A program made the translations under genes and the position numbers. Below the pieces are notes generated by a model that was given only the letters and a program-made list of their open reading frames with translations, had not been told where the DNA came from and ran no database searches. DNA of 64,000 nt. It comes from Klebsiella pneumoniae (GTDB taxonomy: Bacteria > Pseudomonadota > Gammaproteobacteria > Pseudomonadales > CAMAPQ01). How positions within the stretch are numbered: position 1 is the stretch's first letter; every line of letters begins with the position of its first letter. Where the stretch lies: the NCBI GenBank assembly GCA_945860125.1, contig CAMAPQ010000001.1, positions 14,187-78,186 on the forward strand, read 5' to 3'. Below, piece after piece: positions 7,792 through 17,756 of the stretch.

Positions 7792-10449
7792 ATGCAACAT
7801 AATCAATCAGCCTCTATTCGTTCAAATTTTTTAGGTCATGCATATCAAGACGTCCCTTCTTATAACAGGATCAATGCGTTAGATCTTGCAATATCTCCTA
7901 GAGCAGCCCTGCATGCCCAGAGCATGCGTAGTAGCGTTAGCGACTTTAAGTTGCTGAGAACTGTCACTCGTAATGCTGAAGGCGAAATGTGGATTTTAGC
8001 TAATCGTCGTGATGACATTAACGTGCTTACCACGCCTGCCACAGCCATCTTTCCGCAAGGTGGAACACGGTATTCAACCATCTCATCAGTGCAGGTACCT
8101 GAAGTAACGAAAAAAAAATGGGGTGGCTGTCCTAATTTAGTATTTTCACCCACTGAAATAAATACTGATTGCCGCTTAGGCACATCATTAGTCCTCGAAT
8201 GGCCTGCTAGTTTGCATACTTTCCGTACCGGCGACTTAATTGATTCGTATGATGCCGAAAACAAAACTATTGATCAAAATCTACATAGTCGATTCTTAAA
8301 GTTTGGCAAAGTTTCCCAAGAAAATTGGGAACAAGATGTGATCCGCAATGGCATAAAAAAAGGTTTTTTTGGGAAATATTCGGAATATGCTTTACATGAC
8401 AATATGCAAGGACCACAGCTTTATCAAAAAGGATCTGAATTAATACAGAAAATAAAACATGCTATTCCAGAAAAAGGCGCGCAATTACGCGAATTTGTCG
8501 TTAGCCATTCCAAAATAAATGTTTCAGAAGAACAACAGAGCCTCATTTTTCAATCTCAGCAAAAATACGTACAGTTCTTAGTGAGTACCAATAAAACAAT
8601 AGAATCACCAAAAATTGTGGAAGCTTGTCAAAAATTTGAAAATTACTTGCAAAAATCCCCTCAGGGTGAAGAAAGTTACTTTGAGGTAATCGGAGAAAAT
8701 TTACATGCTCAAATGCAACAAGAACTCCTTTCGCATTACACTTTTTTTGCTAAAGAAGGGTTACGCCATAATGAATTTGTAGGCAGATTATTTCCTTGGG
8801 AGGTAGAAGGCCTTGAAATTGGCCATATTCAACATCCTGAAAATAAAAATGAAGTCATTTTAAAATTTAAAAATGCGAATCTATTTGCCAATAAATTTCA
8901 AATGATTCGTCAGAGTATTCTCGTTGAGTTTGATATTTTAGGAACAAAACATCCATTAATAGTTGAGTTTCTGGATGCGAAAAATGCCATTTTACAGAAA
9001 AAAAATGAAGCGCCATTAACACACGAAGAGCAAGAAATAATCTTTAATAAAATAAAGCACCAAATGGCTCAAACACTGATTACCTACTCTTATCAGCAAG
9101 GTCATTTTATCAAAGCTGATTTACCGCATGATTTGGAACTGTCCTCTAATGCTTCGGTTAATACGCTTAATAGTTTTAATTATGTATCTATTGCTAACAA
9201 ATTAAGAAATGCTGCTTCACTTCCTGAAGTTAACTACCCTGATGAAATCAATGTAATTGAATCAGCGCGTTTAATTAGCACAGCCAGGATAGCCGTAAAA
9301 GCTCTTTTAAAGTCAGGGATTAATTTCAAACTTACTTCTTCAAAAGAAGACTCTGGCGGGTTAATGCTTGATTTATTGAAAAGAGAAATGCAGGCTCATA
9401 ATTTAACAAATTCTATGCAAGCGTTAGATACAAATTCGAATGGGTTTTTAAAGCTGATAGAAGAAAATATTGAGCTATTTAGTCTAGATACGTGTCTTAG
9501 CATTATTTCTTCTCCTTGTTATCAGAACGATGAGATAAAAGCTAAATATGAAAATAATGCGCCTTTTTTATTAAAAGAAAGCGAGAGCTTAGGGAGTGCA
9601 TTAGTGGACTATGATGCTGAGATCTATTTTAATTATGCAGATAAACATCCCTCTTTAAGCAAAACAAGACCTTTATGTGATTATTCTTTGAATGGATACA
9701 CCCTACCATTTCATGATATGCAAAGTGAAACACAAGAGAACCTAATTCAAGCCTGGACGTTACGTAAGAGCCAGCCTTTTAAAGAAAGACTAAATATCTT
9801 TTTTAATGAAATAAATGAAAAATATGCCTTGAATTTAAGAAAAGAAATAGAAAAACCATCAGTCGAGACTGTTTGGGCTGATGTGCAAATACTTGAGCAT
9901 AACGCTTTAGGTCCGGATCATCAAAATGAAATAACAAAATCTTTTTTTAATGCGTTGGGTGGTTCATGGAGTCGCGATAAAACGATTAATGATGAATTAA
10001 ATACTTTTAGAAATAGATACCCACAACAAGATTGGCTGCAAAACCCTTTTGGGGTTGAGTATCGCCAACATCGTACCGGAAGAGGTGCATTGACACCCAT
10101 AGCCCCTAGCGAGGCCTCCATTCAACTAGCAGAACAAGAAATAAAAAAAGGCTTTAAACCTTTTACCAATTTGGAAGATATGCTCTCGATTCTATCGAAA
10201 GTTACACCAAAAGATCGTTTTGGGTTACATGCTATTTTTATGAACAAACCTATTTGTGCGGCGCCTAGCGGTACTGCGCTGAGGATTATGAATCTTTGGG
10301 AACAAGTTAGCCGCCAATCTTTTTCTTTTGACATCCCTTCTAGAAAAGATATGGAAGATTTATGTATTGCTTACTTAGCAGGTGAAAAATCACATCACAC
10401 GCAGATAGAAGTTCGCATGTCGATAGATAATCGCCGAACAACGGTATAA
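7792..10449 (+). CDS. Orphan 885-aa protein, no recognisable domain; candidate T3SS effector
   Basis: Long ORF divergent from the 479-aa gene, at the boundary between the T3SS locus and core genes. The N-terminus MQHNQSASIRSNFLGHAYQ is Ser/Asn/Gln-rich with no acidic residue before position 20. No signal peptide and no transmembrane segments are evident. Confidence 0.7.
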   Translation: MQHNQSASIRSNFLGHAYQDVPSYNRINALDLAISPRAALHAQSMRSSVSDFKLLRTVTRNAEGEMWILANRRDDINVLTTPATAIFPQGGTRYSTISSVQVPEVTKKKWGGCPNLVFSPTEINTDCRLGTSLVLEWPASLHTFRTGDLIDSYDAENKTIDQNLHSRFLKFGKVSQENWEQDVIRNGIKKGFFGKYSEYALHDNMQGPQLYQKGSELIQKIKHAIPEKGAQLREFVVSHSKINVSEEQQSLIFQSQQKYVQFLVSTNKTIESPKIVEACQKFENYLQKSPQGEESYFEVIGENLHAQMQQELLSHYTFFAKEGLRHNEFVGRLFPWEVEGLEIGHIQHPENKNEVILKFKNANLFANKFQMIRQSILVEFDILGTKHPLIVEFLDAKNAILQKKNEAPLTHEEQEIIFNKIKHQMAQTLITYSYQQGHFIKADLPHDLELSSNASVNTLNSFNYVSIANKLRNAASLPEVNYPDEINVIESARLISTARIAVKALLKSGINFKLTSSKEDSGGLMLDLLKREMQAHNLTNSMQALDTNSNGFLKLIEENIELFSLDTCLSIISSPCYQNDEIKAKYENNAPFLLKESESLGSALVDYDAEIYFNYADKHPSLSKTRPLCDYSLNGYTLPFHDMQSETQENLIQAWTLRKSQPFKERLNIFFNEINEKYALNLRKEIEKPSVETVWADVQILEHNALGPDHQNEITKSFFNALGGSWSRDKTINDELNTFRNRYPQQDWLQNPFGVEYRQHRTGRGALTPIAPSEASIQLAEQEIKKGFKPFTNLEDMLSILSKVTPKDRFGLHAIFMNKPICAAPSGTALRIMNLWEQVSRQSFSFDIPSRKDMEDLCIAYLAGEKSHHTQIEVRMSIDNRRTTV

Positions 10450-10511
10450 TTAAACCTCACCCTTAATTTATAATTAATCTGAGTCAAGTTTAACCGTTTA
10501 TCGCATGCCTA

Positions 10512-11729
10512 CTATGAGTGGTCAGAACAGGTCACTGTGAGCTTTTCTAAAAAAGGGGTTAGTTTTTCTAACCCCTTTTTAATTTGCATAAAGTCGCCAG
10601 CAAAAGAAAATCTCACTTTATTTTCAGCCTTAAAAAAACCAAAATCAATTCCAGGCGTGAGCGCAACACCAGCTTCATTAAGCGCACGCTGACAGAAAAT
10701 TTCACCCGACAATCCCCACTTTGAAACATCTACATAGACGTAAAAAGCACCCATCGGCGGCTGCAAAAAATGAAAACCTAACAAGGTTAATTCAGCACAC
10801 AAAAAATCTCTATTTGCTTTAAGTATAAGACGTCTTTCTTCCAAAATAATCTTAGTATCCTCTGTAAATGCGGCGCAGGCTGCATACTGAGATACCGTGT
10901 TTGGCGCCAAAAAAACATTCTGAACAAGACGATCTAATTTTTCAGAAAAGTAAGGAGGGACGACCAACCAACCAAGGCGCCAACCTGTCATCCCAAAGTA
11001 TTTTGAAAAGCTATTTATCACGATAACATTGCTCGAAAATTCCAGCGCGCTATGCGCAGGCTCGTCATAGTGAAGCCCTTGATAGATTTCATCTGAAATA
11101 ATCATTACTTTATTTTTCTCAGCCCATAAAACAAGCGATTTCCACTCATTAGGGCTAATAATAACTCCCAAAGGATTAGACGGACTTGCAAGCAATAATG
11201 CGCGCACTTTTTTATTATTTTCCCTTTCAAATACTGTGCATAGCTGATCAAGATCCTCTTGCTGTATCTGATAATTATTTTCTTCTCGCAAATAAACAGA
11301 TAAAGCTTTGCCTTTCAATAAAGAGACAATATGCCTATTACAAGGGTAACCTGGATCGGTACAAATCACGCCCTCCCCTTCATTTAATATTAACGCAAGC
11401 GCAGCTAAAATTGCGCCTGAGGCACCAGGGGTTACAACAATTTGGTTGAGCGCTATTTGCGTTTGATACGCTATTAAATAGTGGTTTTTAATCGCCTCAA
11501 GAAGCGGAAGTAATCCTTTAGCTGGCGTATATTTTGTTAGGTCTTGCGAAAGCGCTTTCATGCCTGCTTGTAAAATAGGCAGCGGCGTTGAAAAGGAGGG
11601 TTCACCCACTTCCATATGAATAATTTCGCGCCCTTGAGACGCTAATATTTTTGCTTTTTGCAAAATATCCATTACATGAAATGGCTGAATATCTTCAATA
11701 CACTGGGATAAATTAAATCTCAAAGTCAT
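10512..11729 (-). CDS. PLP-dependent aminotransferase, class I/II (aspartate/aromatic aminotransferase-like)
   Basis: 405 aa with the PLP-lysine motif SFSKYFGMTGWRLGW and ASPSNPLG. Confidence 0.85.
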   Translation of the reverse strand: MTLRFNLSQCIEDIQPFHVMDILQKAKILASQGREIIHMEVGEPSFSTPLPILQAGMKALSQDLTKYTPAKGLLPLLEAIKNHYLIAYQTQIALNQIVVTPGASGAILAALALILNEGEGVICTDPGYPCNRHIVSLLKGKALSVYLREENNYQIQQEDLDQLCTVFERENNKKVRALLLASPSNPLGVIISPNEWKSLVLWAEKNKVMIISDEIYQGLHYDEPAHSALEFSSNVIVINSFSKYFGMTGWRLGWLVVPPYFSEKLDRLVQNVFLAPNTVSQYAACAAFTEDTKIILEERRLILKANRDFLCAELTLLGFHFLQPPMGAFYVYVDVSKWGLSGEIFCQRALNEAGVALTPGIDFGFFKAENKVRFSFAGDFMQIKKGLEKLTPFLEKLTVTCSDHS

Positions 11730-11760
11730 TTTAAAACGCTCAATCGAAGGGATATAAAAC

Positions 11761-13062
11761 TTAGCTTATCTGCTTGAAAAACACCTGAGAGCTTCGCTGA
11801 TAGTTATACAGCTGTTTTTTTTCTTTAGGCAGCTCATCTGTTTGCCCTTTTATAAAATCGTTTTCAATAAACCAGTGTGCCGTGTGTGTCGTTAAAACAA
11901 AAATGCGGCTTAACATAAGTTCTTTTGCTTTAAGCTCAATAAAGCGCAACATTTTCTGACCGCGATTCATTTCCCGATAATCCGGATGCACCACTAAACA
12001 AGCCAACTCACCCATATTGTCAGAAGGAAAAGGGTAAAGAGCCGCACAACCTACGACCATGCCACCCCGCTCAATCACACAAAAATGCTCAATTTCCTGC
12101 TCCAACCTTTCCCGTGAGCGCTTAACAAGCACGCCCTCTTTTTCAAGCGGCTGAATTAATTCTAAAAGCCCACCCACATCGCCAATCTCTGCTTGACGTA
12201 TTCCTTCATAAGGCATCAAAGAAATTAAAGTGCCAGAGCCTTCTCGCGTATAAAGCTCGGTTAAAAGGGCGCCCTCTTCCTCATAGCTCAACAAATGACA
12301 ATTATGAACGCCCATTTCACAACTGGAAAAAGCATGCGTCACCAATGTTTTATTATCTTCGGATAAAGCGATTTCATGTATTTTATCAGGCGATAATTCG
12401 CGAACTAAATGACCATCTAGATCCGTCATGCCTTTTTCTTTCGTAAAAAAAATGAGTTTGTCTGCTTTCATTTGAATAGCAACTTCTCGTGCCACTTCAT
12501 CATAATTTAAGTTGAAGATTTCGCCTGTAGGGGAATAACCAATAGGCGACAATAACGCAATACTTCCTGTATTAATCGAAAGAGAAATAGCAGCTAAATC
12601 AAGCTTTCTAATCTGCCCAGAATGCTGAAAATCAACACCCTCAACAATACCTTTCGGTTTAGCGGTAATCCAATTGCCGGAAGTGACATTGATACTGGCG
12701 CCATGCATAGGTGAATTAGGTAATCCCATCGAAAAAATAGACTCGATTTGTAGCCGAAGCGCACCACAAGCTTGTATTGCACACGTTAAAATATCGGGGG
12801 TCGTAATTCGTGAGTTTTTATGATATTGGCAAGTTAAACCACGAAGTTTAATTTGATGATTAATTTGCGGGCGCATGCCATGCACCAAAATAAGCTTCAC
12901 CCCCAAACTAGAAAGCAAAGCTATATCATGAATAAAATCACTAAAATGAGTGCTGAGCGCAACTTCCCCGCCAAAAGCAATCACAAAACTTTTGCCACGA
13001 TGCGAATGGATATAAGGGCTTGAGCTTCTAAAAAATCGAATAAAATCCAGCGTTTGATTCAT
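11761..13062 (-). CDS. argA: Amino-acid N-acetyltransferase (N-acetylglutamate synthase)
   Basis: 433 aa. The N-terminus FIRFFRSSSPYIHSHRGKSFVIAFGGE (amino-acid kinase fold) matches the ArgA N-terminus. A C-terminal GNAT-like region is present. Confidence 0.85.
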   Translation of the reverse strand: MNQTLDFIRFFRSSSPYIHSHRGKSFVIAFGGEVALSTHFSDFIHDIALLSSLGVKLILVHGMRPQINHQIKLRGLTCQYHKNSRITTPDILTCAIQACGALRLQIESIFSMGLPNSPMHGASINVTSGNWITAKPKGIVEGVDFQHSGQIRKLDLAAISLSINTGSIALLSPIGYSPTGEIFNLNYDEVAREVAIQMKADKLIFFTKEKGMTDLDGHLVRELSPDKIHEIALSEDNKTLVTHAFSSCEMGVHNCHLLSYEEEGALLTELYTREGSGTLISLMPYEGIRQAEIGDVGGLLELIQPLEKEGVLVKRSRERLEQEIEHFCVIERGGMVVGCAALYPFPSDNMGELACLVVHPDYREMNRGQKMLRFIELKAKELMLSRIFVLTTHTAHWFIENDFIKGQTDELPKEKKQLYNYQRSSQVFFKQIS

Positions 13063-13093
13063 ATAAAAAAACCTAGCGTTATTTCACTTAGAA

Positions 13094-14446
13094 TTAAATA
13101 TAGTCTAGCGCTTCAGTCAGTTTTGTAACGGCGATAATCTCAATGTTATCTATTTTACGCACAGCATTAGCCTTAGGGACGATTGCTTTAGTAAAGCCGT
13201 GCTTCGCTGCCTCTTGAACTCTTTCGATACCATTAGAAACAGGACGAATTTCACCATTCAAGCCAACCTCGCCAAAAACAATACAATCATTGGGTATTTT
13301 TTTATCCTGAAAACTACTTGCAATCGCAAGCAATAAAGCAAGATCAGCAGAAGTTTCTGTTATTTTTACGCCCCCCACGACATTTGCAAACACATCCTGA
13401 TTAAAAATTGCAATTTTTCCATGACGATGCAACACAGCAAGCAACATTGCTAATCGCTGGGAGTCTGTTCCAACCGTTAAGCGCCTCGGTGTATCACCCA
13501 CTGACTCATCGACTAAAGCCTGCAACTCTATCAATAAAGGACGAGAGCCTTCCCATATCACCGTAACAACCGTGCCGGACATATCTTCACAACGACCTGA
13601 AAGAAAAATAGCGCTGGGATTTTTAACTTCTTTCAAGCCTGTTTCTAGCATCGCAAAAATACCAATTTCATTTACCGCACCAAAACGGTTTTTATGGCTT
13701 CTTAATGTACGAAATCGGTTATTTTCATCACCTTCAAGCATTAATGAACAATCAATCATATGCTCAAGAACCTTAGGGCCTGCCAGGATACCGTCTTTTG
13801 TAATATGCCCTACAAGAATAACAATTGTCCCCGTTGATTTTGCAAAACGGGTAAAGTGAGCAGCACTTTCTCTAACTTGCGAAACACTACCCGGCGCTGA
13901 TGGGACTTCTTCGGTAAACACAGTTTGAATACTATCAACAACCATCACCGCAGGCTTTAATGCTACCGCTAGATGAATAATTGTTTCAACTTGTGTTTCT
14001 GCGATTAAATTAAGCGGCTGTTTAGAAAAGCCTAAGCGCTCCGCGCGCATTGCAACCTGCTGCAAAGACTCTTCGCCAGTGACATATAAGCAAACTTCTT
14101 TTTCAGAAAGAGAGGTTAATACTTGCAAAAGTAACGTGCTCTTACCCGCGCCAGGACTTCCGCCAATTAAAATAACGGAGCCATGAACAAGCCCTCCACC
14201 TAACACACGATCCAGCTCAGATAAGCGTGAAGAAATACGTGCTTCTTGCTCAAAAGAAATATCAGAAAGTTTTTTAATTACACTTGCTTGATTTAGCGAT
14301 AACGACTTGGAAGAGGCTTTTTTTCTAGCAGAAGGAATATTTTCAATTAACGCATTCCACTCGCCACAATCAGCACATTTTCCCTGCCACTGGTTAAACT
14401 CTGAACCACATGACTGACAAACATAAGCGATAGAAGTTTTACTCAT
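13094..14446 (-). CDS. radA: DNA repair protein RadA/Sms
   Basis: Zinc finger YVCQSCGSEFNQWQGKCADCGEWN, Walker A GGSPGAGKSTLLLQ and a Lon-like C-terminal domain. Confidence 0.95.
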   Translation of the reverse strand: MSKTSIAYVCQSCGSEFNQWQGKCADCGEWNALIENIPSARKKASSKSLSLNQASVIKKLSDISFEQEARISSRLSELDRVLGGGLVHGSVILIGGSPGAGKSTLLLQVLTSLSEKEVCLYVTGEESLQQVAMRAERLGFSKQPLNLIAETQVETIIHLAVALKPAVMVVDSIQTVFTEEVPSAPGSVSQVRESAAHFTRFAKSTGTIVILVGHITKDGILAGPKVLEHMIDCSLMLEGDENNRFRTLRSHKNRFGAVNEIGIFAMLETGLKEVKNPSAIFLSGRCEDMSGTVVTVIWEGSRPLLIELQALVDESVGDTPRRLTVGTDSQRLAMLLAVLHRHGKIAIFNQDVFANVVGGVKITETSADLALLLAIASSFQDKKIPNDCIVFGEVGLNGEIRPVSNGIERVQEAAKHGFTKAIVPKANAVRKIDNIEIIAVTKLTEALDYI

Positions 14447-15516
14447 ACATACTCTCGCTCAACCCGAGAAGTTAATTGACAAAATAACTCATAACTTAAT
14501 GTCCCTGCTTTTTTTGCAACGTCATCGATAGGAATATGTTCACCCCATAACTCAACCTCATCCCCCAAAGCAACACCGCTAATATGCGTTACATCAATAG
14601 CAACCATATCCATTGAAATACGACCTAACACCAAAGCTTTCTGGTTTTTAATCCACACTTCGCCCTGATCAAGATGCCGTGGAAAACCATCACCATAACC
14701 AATCGAAATAATTGCGACGTAAGAAGCCTTCGGTGCTTGCCACATAAGTCCATAACCGACAAAAGCGCCCGCCTCAACAGCACGCACACAGATGATGTAA
14801 CACACAAGGTTCATCACCGGCTTTAAATATAAAGCAGCAGCTGTCACGTCAGGAAAAGGCGATGAACCATATAACATAATCCCCGGCCGCACCCAATCTT
14901 GATGTGCTTCTTGAAAACGAAAAATAGCTGCAGAATTTGCAATACTTTTTGGATAGGGAAGGTCTTGTGTTAAACGAGAAAATAACTGTAACTGCTGAGA
15001 GGTAAAATCTGAAATTTGATCAGCACAGGCTAAATGCGTCATCAATACAATTTTATTTACATGCTTAGAATTAGCTAAACAAGATAAAACCTCATTAAAA
15101 TCATTGGGATCAATACCCAATCGATTCATGCCAGTATTAATTTTAAGCCAAATATTTAAAGGCGCTGCAGGCGTAGCTTCACTCAACCAATCAAGCTGTT
15201 TTTGAGTATGAATAACAACTTGAGCATTATGAGTGCTTGCCCACTCAAACTCTTCTTGAGAAAAGCAGCCGTCAAGAATCAGCAAGCGAACATCACTTAT
15301 TTTTTGAATGAGCGCTTTTGCCTCATCACACGTTGCAACGGCAAATAAAGCAATTGAAAAAATAGATAAACTCTTTACAACCCACTCAGCACCATGACCA
15401 TACGCATCCGCTTTAATAACAGGAATTACAGATGAAATAGGTGCTTTCTGTTGAACAATCTGAAAATTATGTTGCAGTGCTGCTGAAGAAAAAGAAGCTT
15501 TTGCCAGACGTCTCAC
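14443..15516 (-). CDS. alr: Alanine racemase
   Basis: PLP motif VIKADAYGHG, 357 aa. The GTG start overlaps the dnaB stop by 4 nt. Confidence 0.9.
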   Translation of the reverse strand: MRRLAKASFSSAALQHNFQIVQQKAPISSVIPVIKADAYGHGAEWVVKSLSIFSIALFAVATCDEAKALIQKISDVRLLILDGCFSQEEFEWASTHNAQVVIHTQKQLDWLSEATPAAPLNIWLKINTGMNRLGIDPNDFNEVLSCLANSKHVNKIVLMTHLACADQISDFTSQQLQLFSRLTQDLPYPKSIANSAAIFRFQEAHQDWVRPGIMLYGSSPFPDVTAAALYLKPVMNLVCYIICVRAVEAGAFVGYGLMWQAPKASYVAIISIGYGDGFPRHLDQGEVWIKNQKALVLGRISMDMVAIDVTHISGVALGDEVELWGEHIPIDDVAKKAGTLSYELFCQLTSRVEREYV

Positions 15517-16889
15517 TCAATTGTTACCTCGCGGCGATACTCCAAGGACAAATTATCAAAACGAATATACTGCCCAAGAAAAGCAACTCTTACTGCGCCA
15601 ATAGGCCCGTTTCGATGCTTAGCAACAATAATCTCTGCAATGCCTTTATCTGGCGATTCAGGGTTATAAACTTCATCGCGATAAATAAACATAATAAGAT
15701 CCGCATCTTGTTCTATCGCGCCTGACTCTCGCAAATCAGACATCAAGGGGCGCTTATTGGGACGTTGCTCCAAGCTACGATTTAACTGAGAAAGCGCAAT
15801 AACAGGGACGTTTAATTCTTTTGCCAACGCTTTTAAGTTTCGAGATATTTCCGATATTTCAGCAACACGGCTTTCCGATCCTGGAATCTGCATCAACTGA
15901 AGATAATCCACCATAATGAGGGCTAAAGAACCTTGCTCCCTATGGAGCCTACGTGCTCTTGCTCTCACATCAAAAGGACTTAACGCAGGCGTATCATCTA
16001 TAAATATAGGGGTTTCAGATAATAAGGTAATTGCAGAATTTACCCGCGGCCAATCTTCATCCCTCAATTGACCTGATCTGATACGAGTTTGCTCAACACG
16101 GCCGATGGAAGAAATCAACCTAAATGCTAGCTGCTCAGAAGGCATCTCCATACTAAAAACCAACACTGGTTTCTTGGTTCGCACGCCAACGTTTTCAGCA
16201 ATATTCATAGAAAAAGCAGTTTTACCCATGGAAGGTCTGCCAGCCACAATAACCAAGTCACCAGCCTGCAAGCCTGAACAAAGTTTGTCTAGATCATCAA
16301 AACCAGTAGGGTGACCAGTAATAGGCGCCCCTGATCTAAAAAGTGTATCGATTGTATTCAATGCACCTGTTAGATAGTGACGAATATGGCGAGGCCCTGC
16401 CGTTTTTTTACGCGTTTCAGCAATCGAAAAAACCTTTTTCTCAGCTTCATCTAAAAGCGCACCGCTTGAACGCCCTTCAGGATAAAAAGCGCTATCTGCT
16501 ATTTCTCCTGAAATAGTAATCATCTGCCGCAACATGGCTCTTTCACAAACAATCTCAGCATAAGCTTTGATGTTAGCAACCCCAGGGGTGCTGTTCCATA
16601 ATTGATACAAATAGGTCTGCCCACCCGCATGCTCTAGCAGGTGTAACTGCGAGAGCCCCTCGGTAACAGTTAAGACATCAATTGGCTTATTTTCTTGAAT
16701 CAACAAGTTAATAATACGGAAAATATATTGATGCTGAGGCAGATAGAAATCTGTTTCAACTAAAAGATCTGCAATTTCATCCCAGGCTTGCCCTTTCTGT
16801 AGCAAACCACCAAGAACAGACTGTTCGGCTTCAATTGAATGAGGTGCCATTTTTGCGGCAACTAGGGCACGATCAGACGAAGACTGCAT
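15513..16889 (-). CDS. dnaB: Replicative DNA helicase DnaB
   Basis: PHSIEAEQSVLGGLL and Walker A GRPSMGKTAF. The track ORF extends to 16934. I chose the ATG at 16889 (MQSSSDRA...) as the more likely start. Confidence 0.93.
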   Translation of the reverse strand: MQSSSDRALVAAKMAPHSIEAEQSVLGGLLQKGQAWDEIADLLVETDFYLPQHQYIFRIINLLIQENKPIDVLTVTEGLSQLHLLEHAGGQTYLYQLWNSTPGVANIKAYAEIVCERAMLRQMITISGEIADSAFYPEGRSSGALLDEAEKKVFSIAETRKKTAGPRHIRHYLTGALNTIDTLFRSGAPITGHPTGFDDLDKLCSGLQAGDLVIVAGRPSMGKTAFSMNIAENVGVRTKKPVLVFSMEMPSEQLAFRLISSIGRVEQTRIRSGQLRDEDWPRVNSAITLLSETPIFIDDTPALSPFDVRARARRLHREQGSLALIMVDYLQLMQIPGSESRVAEISEISRNLKALAKELNVPVIALSQLNRSLEQRPNKRPLMSDLRESGAIEQDADLIMFIYRDEVYNPESPDKGIAEIIVAKHRNGPIGAVRVAFLGQYIRFDNLSLEYRREVTIE

Positions 16890-17023
16890 AATTTTTGAGC
16901 ATCCTTGATCCACAATAAAAAAAGGCCCAAGCATTAGCCCAGGCCCCTATTCATCCAAACCAAACTCTCACCGATACAAACTTTAAGCGTTTAAATAAGA
17001 AGAGTTCGCTAGAGATAACAACG

Positions 17024-17479
17024 TTAAAGAGGCACAACAACCACCTTAATTTTTGTAACGACATCAACGTGAAGTCTTACATCAAACTCATACTCACCAA
17101 TTTGACGAATTGCACCATTTGGCATACTGATCTGGCTTCTTTGAAGAGTAAAACCTTGCTCAGCTGCAGCAGTAGTTACATCCTTCAAACCAACCGAACC
17201 AAATAGTTTTCCTTCATCTGCGGCCTTAACTGCAAAATTCAACACAAGCTTGCTTACTTGCTCTGCTAATACTTTACAAGCTGCTAGTTTTTCAAGATCT
17301 GCTTTCTCAAGCTCTGCACGTTTCTTGTCAAAATCTTCAATGTTTTGCTTGGTTGCAAAAACAGCCTTACCATAAGGTATTAAATAATTTCGCGCAAAAC
17401 CAGCCTTCACTGATATCTTGCTACCCAAAACACCTTTACCACTCACTTTCTCAAGTAATATCACTTCCACCGCGATCAC
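17024..17479 (-). CDS. rplI: 50S ribosomal protein L9
   Basis: VILLEKVSGKGVLGSKISVKAGFARNYLIPYGKAV; lies downstream of rpsR. Confidence 0.95.
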   Translation of the reverse strand: MIAVEVILLEKVSGKGVLGSKISVKAGFARNYLIPYGKAVFATKQNIEDFDKKRAELEKADLEKLAACKVLAEQVSKLVLNFAVKAADEGKLFGSVGLKDVTTAAAEQGFTLQRSQISMPNGAIRQIGEYEFDVRLHVDVVTKIKVVVVPL

Positions 17480-17520
17480 CTCTTTTTAGACTCTAAAAAC
17501 TAACAACTGACTTTGAAAAA

Positions 17521-17745
17521 TTAATGTCTGTCAGTGTAAGGAAGTAATGCCAAGAAGCGCGCTCTTTTAATTGCTGTAGAAAGCTGACGCTGATACTTAG
17601 CTTTTGTTCCTGTAATACGACTAGGAACAATCTTGCCAGACTCTGAAACATAAGCCCTCAAAATATCGAGGTCTTTATAATCAATCTCTTTTATGCCTTC
17701 AACAGTAAAGCGACAAAACTTACGACGCCTAAAAAACTTTGCCAT
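17521..17745 (-). CDS. rpsR: 30S ribosomal protein S18
   Basis: FRRRKFCRF....IDYKD...L..Y.SE.GKI.PSRITGT.AKYQRQL..AIKRAR.LALLPY. Confidence 0.95.
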   Translation of the reverse strand: MAKFFRRRKFCRFTVEGIKEIDYKDLDILRAYVSESGKIVPSRITGTKAKYQRQLSTAIKRARFLALLPYTDRH

Positions 17746-17756
17746 ATTAACCTCAA

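Noticed and set aside
7860-8264. 134-aa minus-strand ORF, plus similar ORFs at 9921..10334, inside the 885-aa gene
   Set aside because: They are nested antisense ORFs much shorter than the host frame, with no independent support.
10240-10275. PICAAPSGT as a CX5R phosphatase P-loop
   Set aside because: The Arg is at the wrong spacing (C-X8-R) and there is no preceding His, so it does not fit the PTP signature.
10261-10290. APSGTALRIMN in the 885-aa protein as a possible bacterial RhoGAP arginine finger (YopE/ExoS/SptP GxLRxxxT)
   Set aside because: Only the ALR tripeptide matches and the conserved Thr at +4 is missing. Just ~50 residues follow, which is too few for the GAP four-helix bundle. 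This is not enough to make a call.
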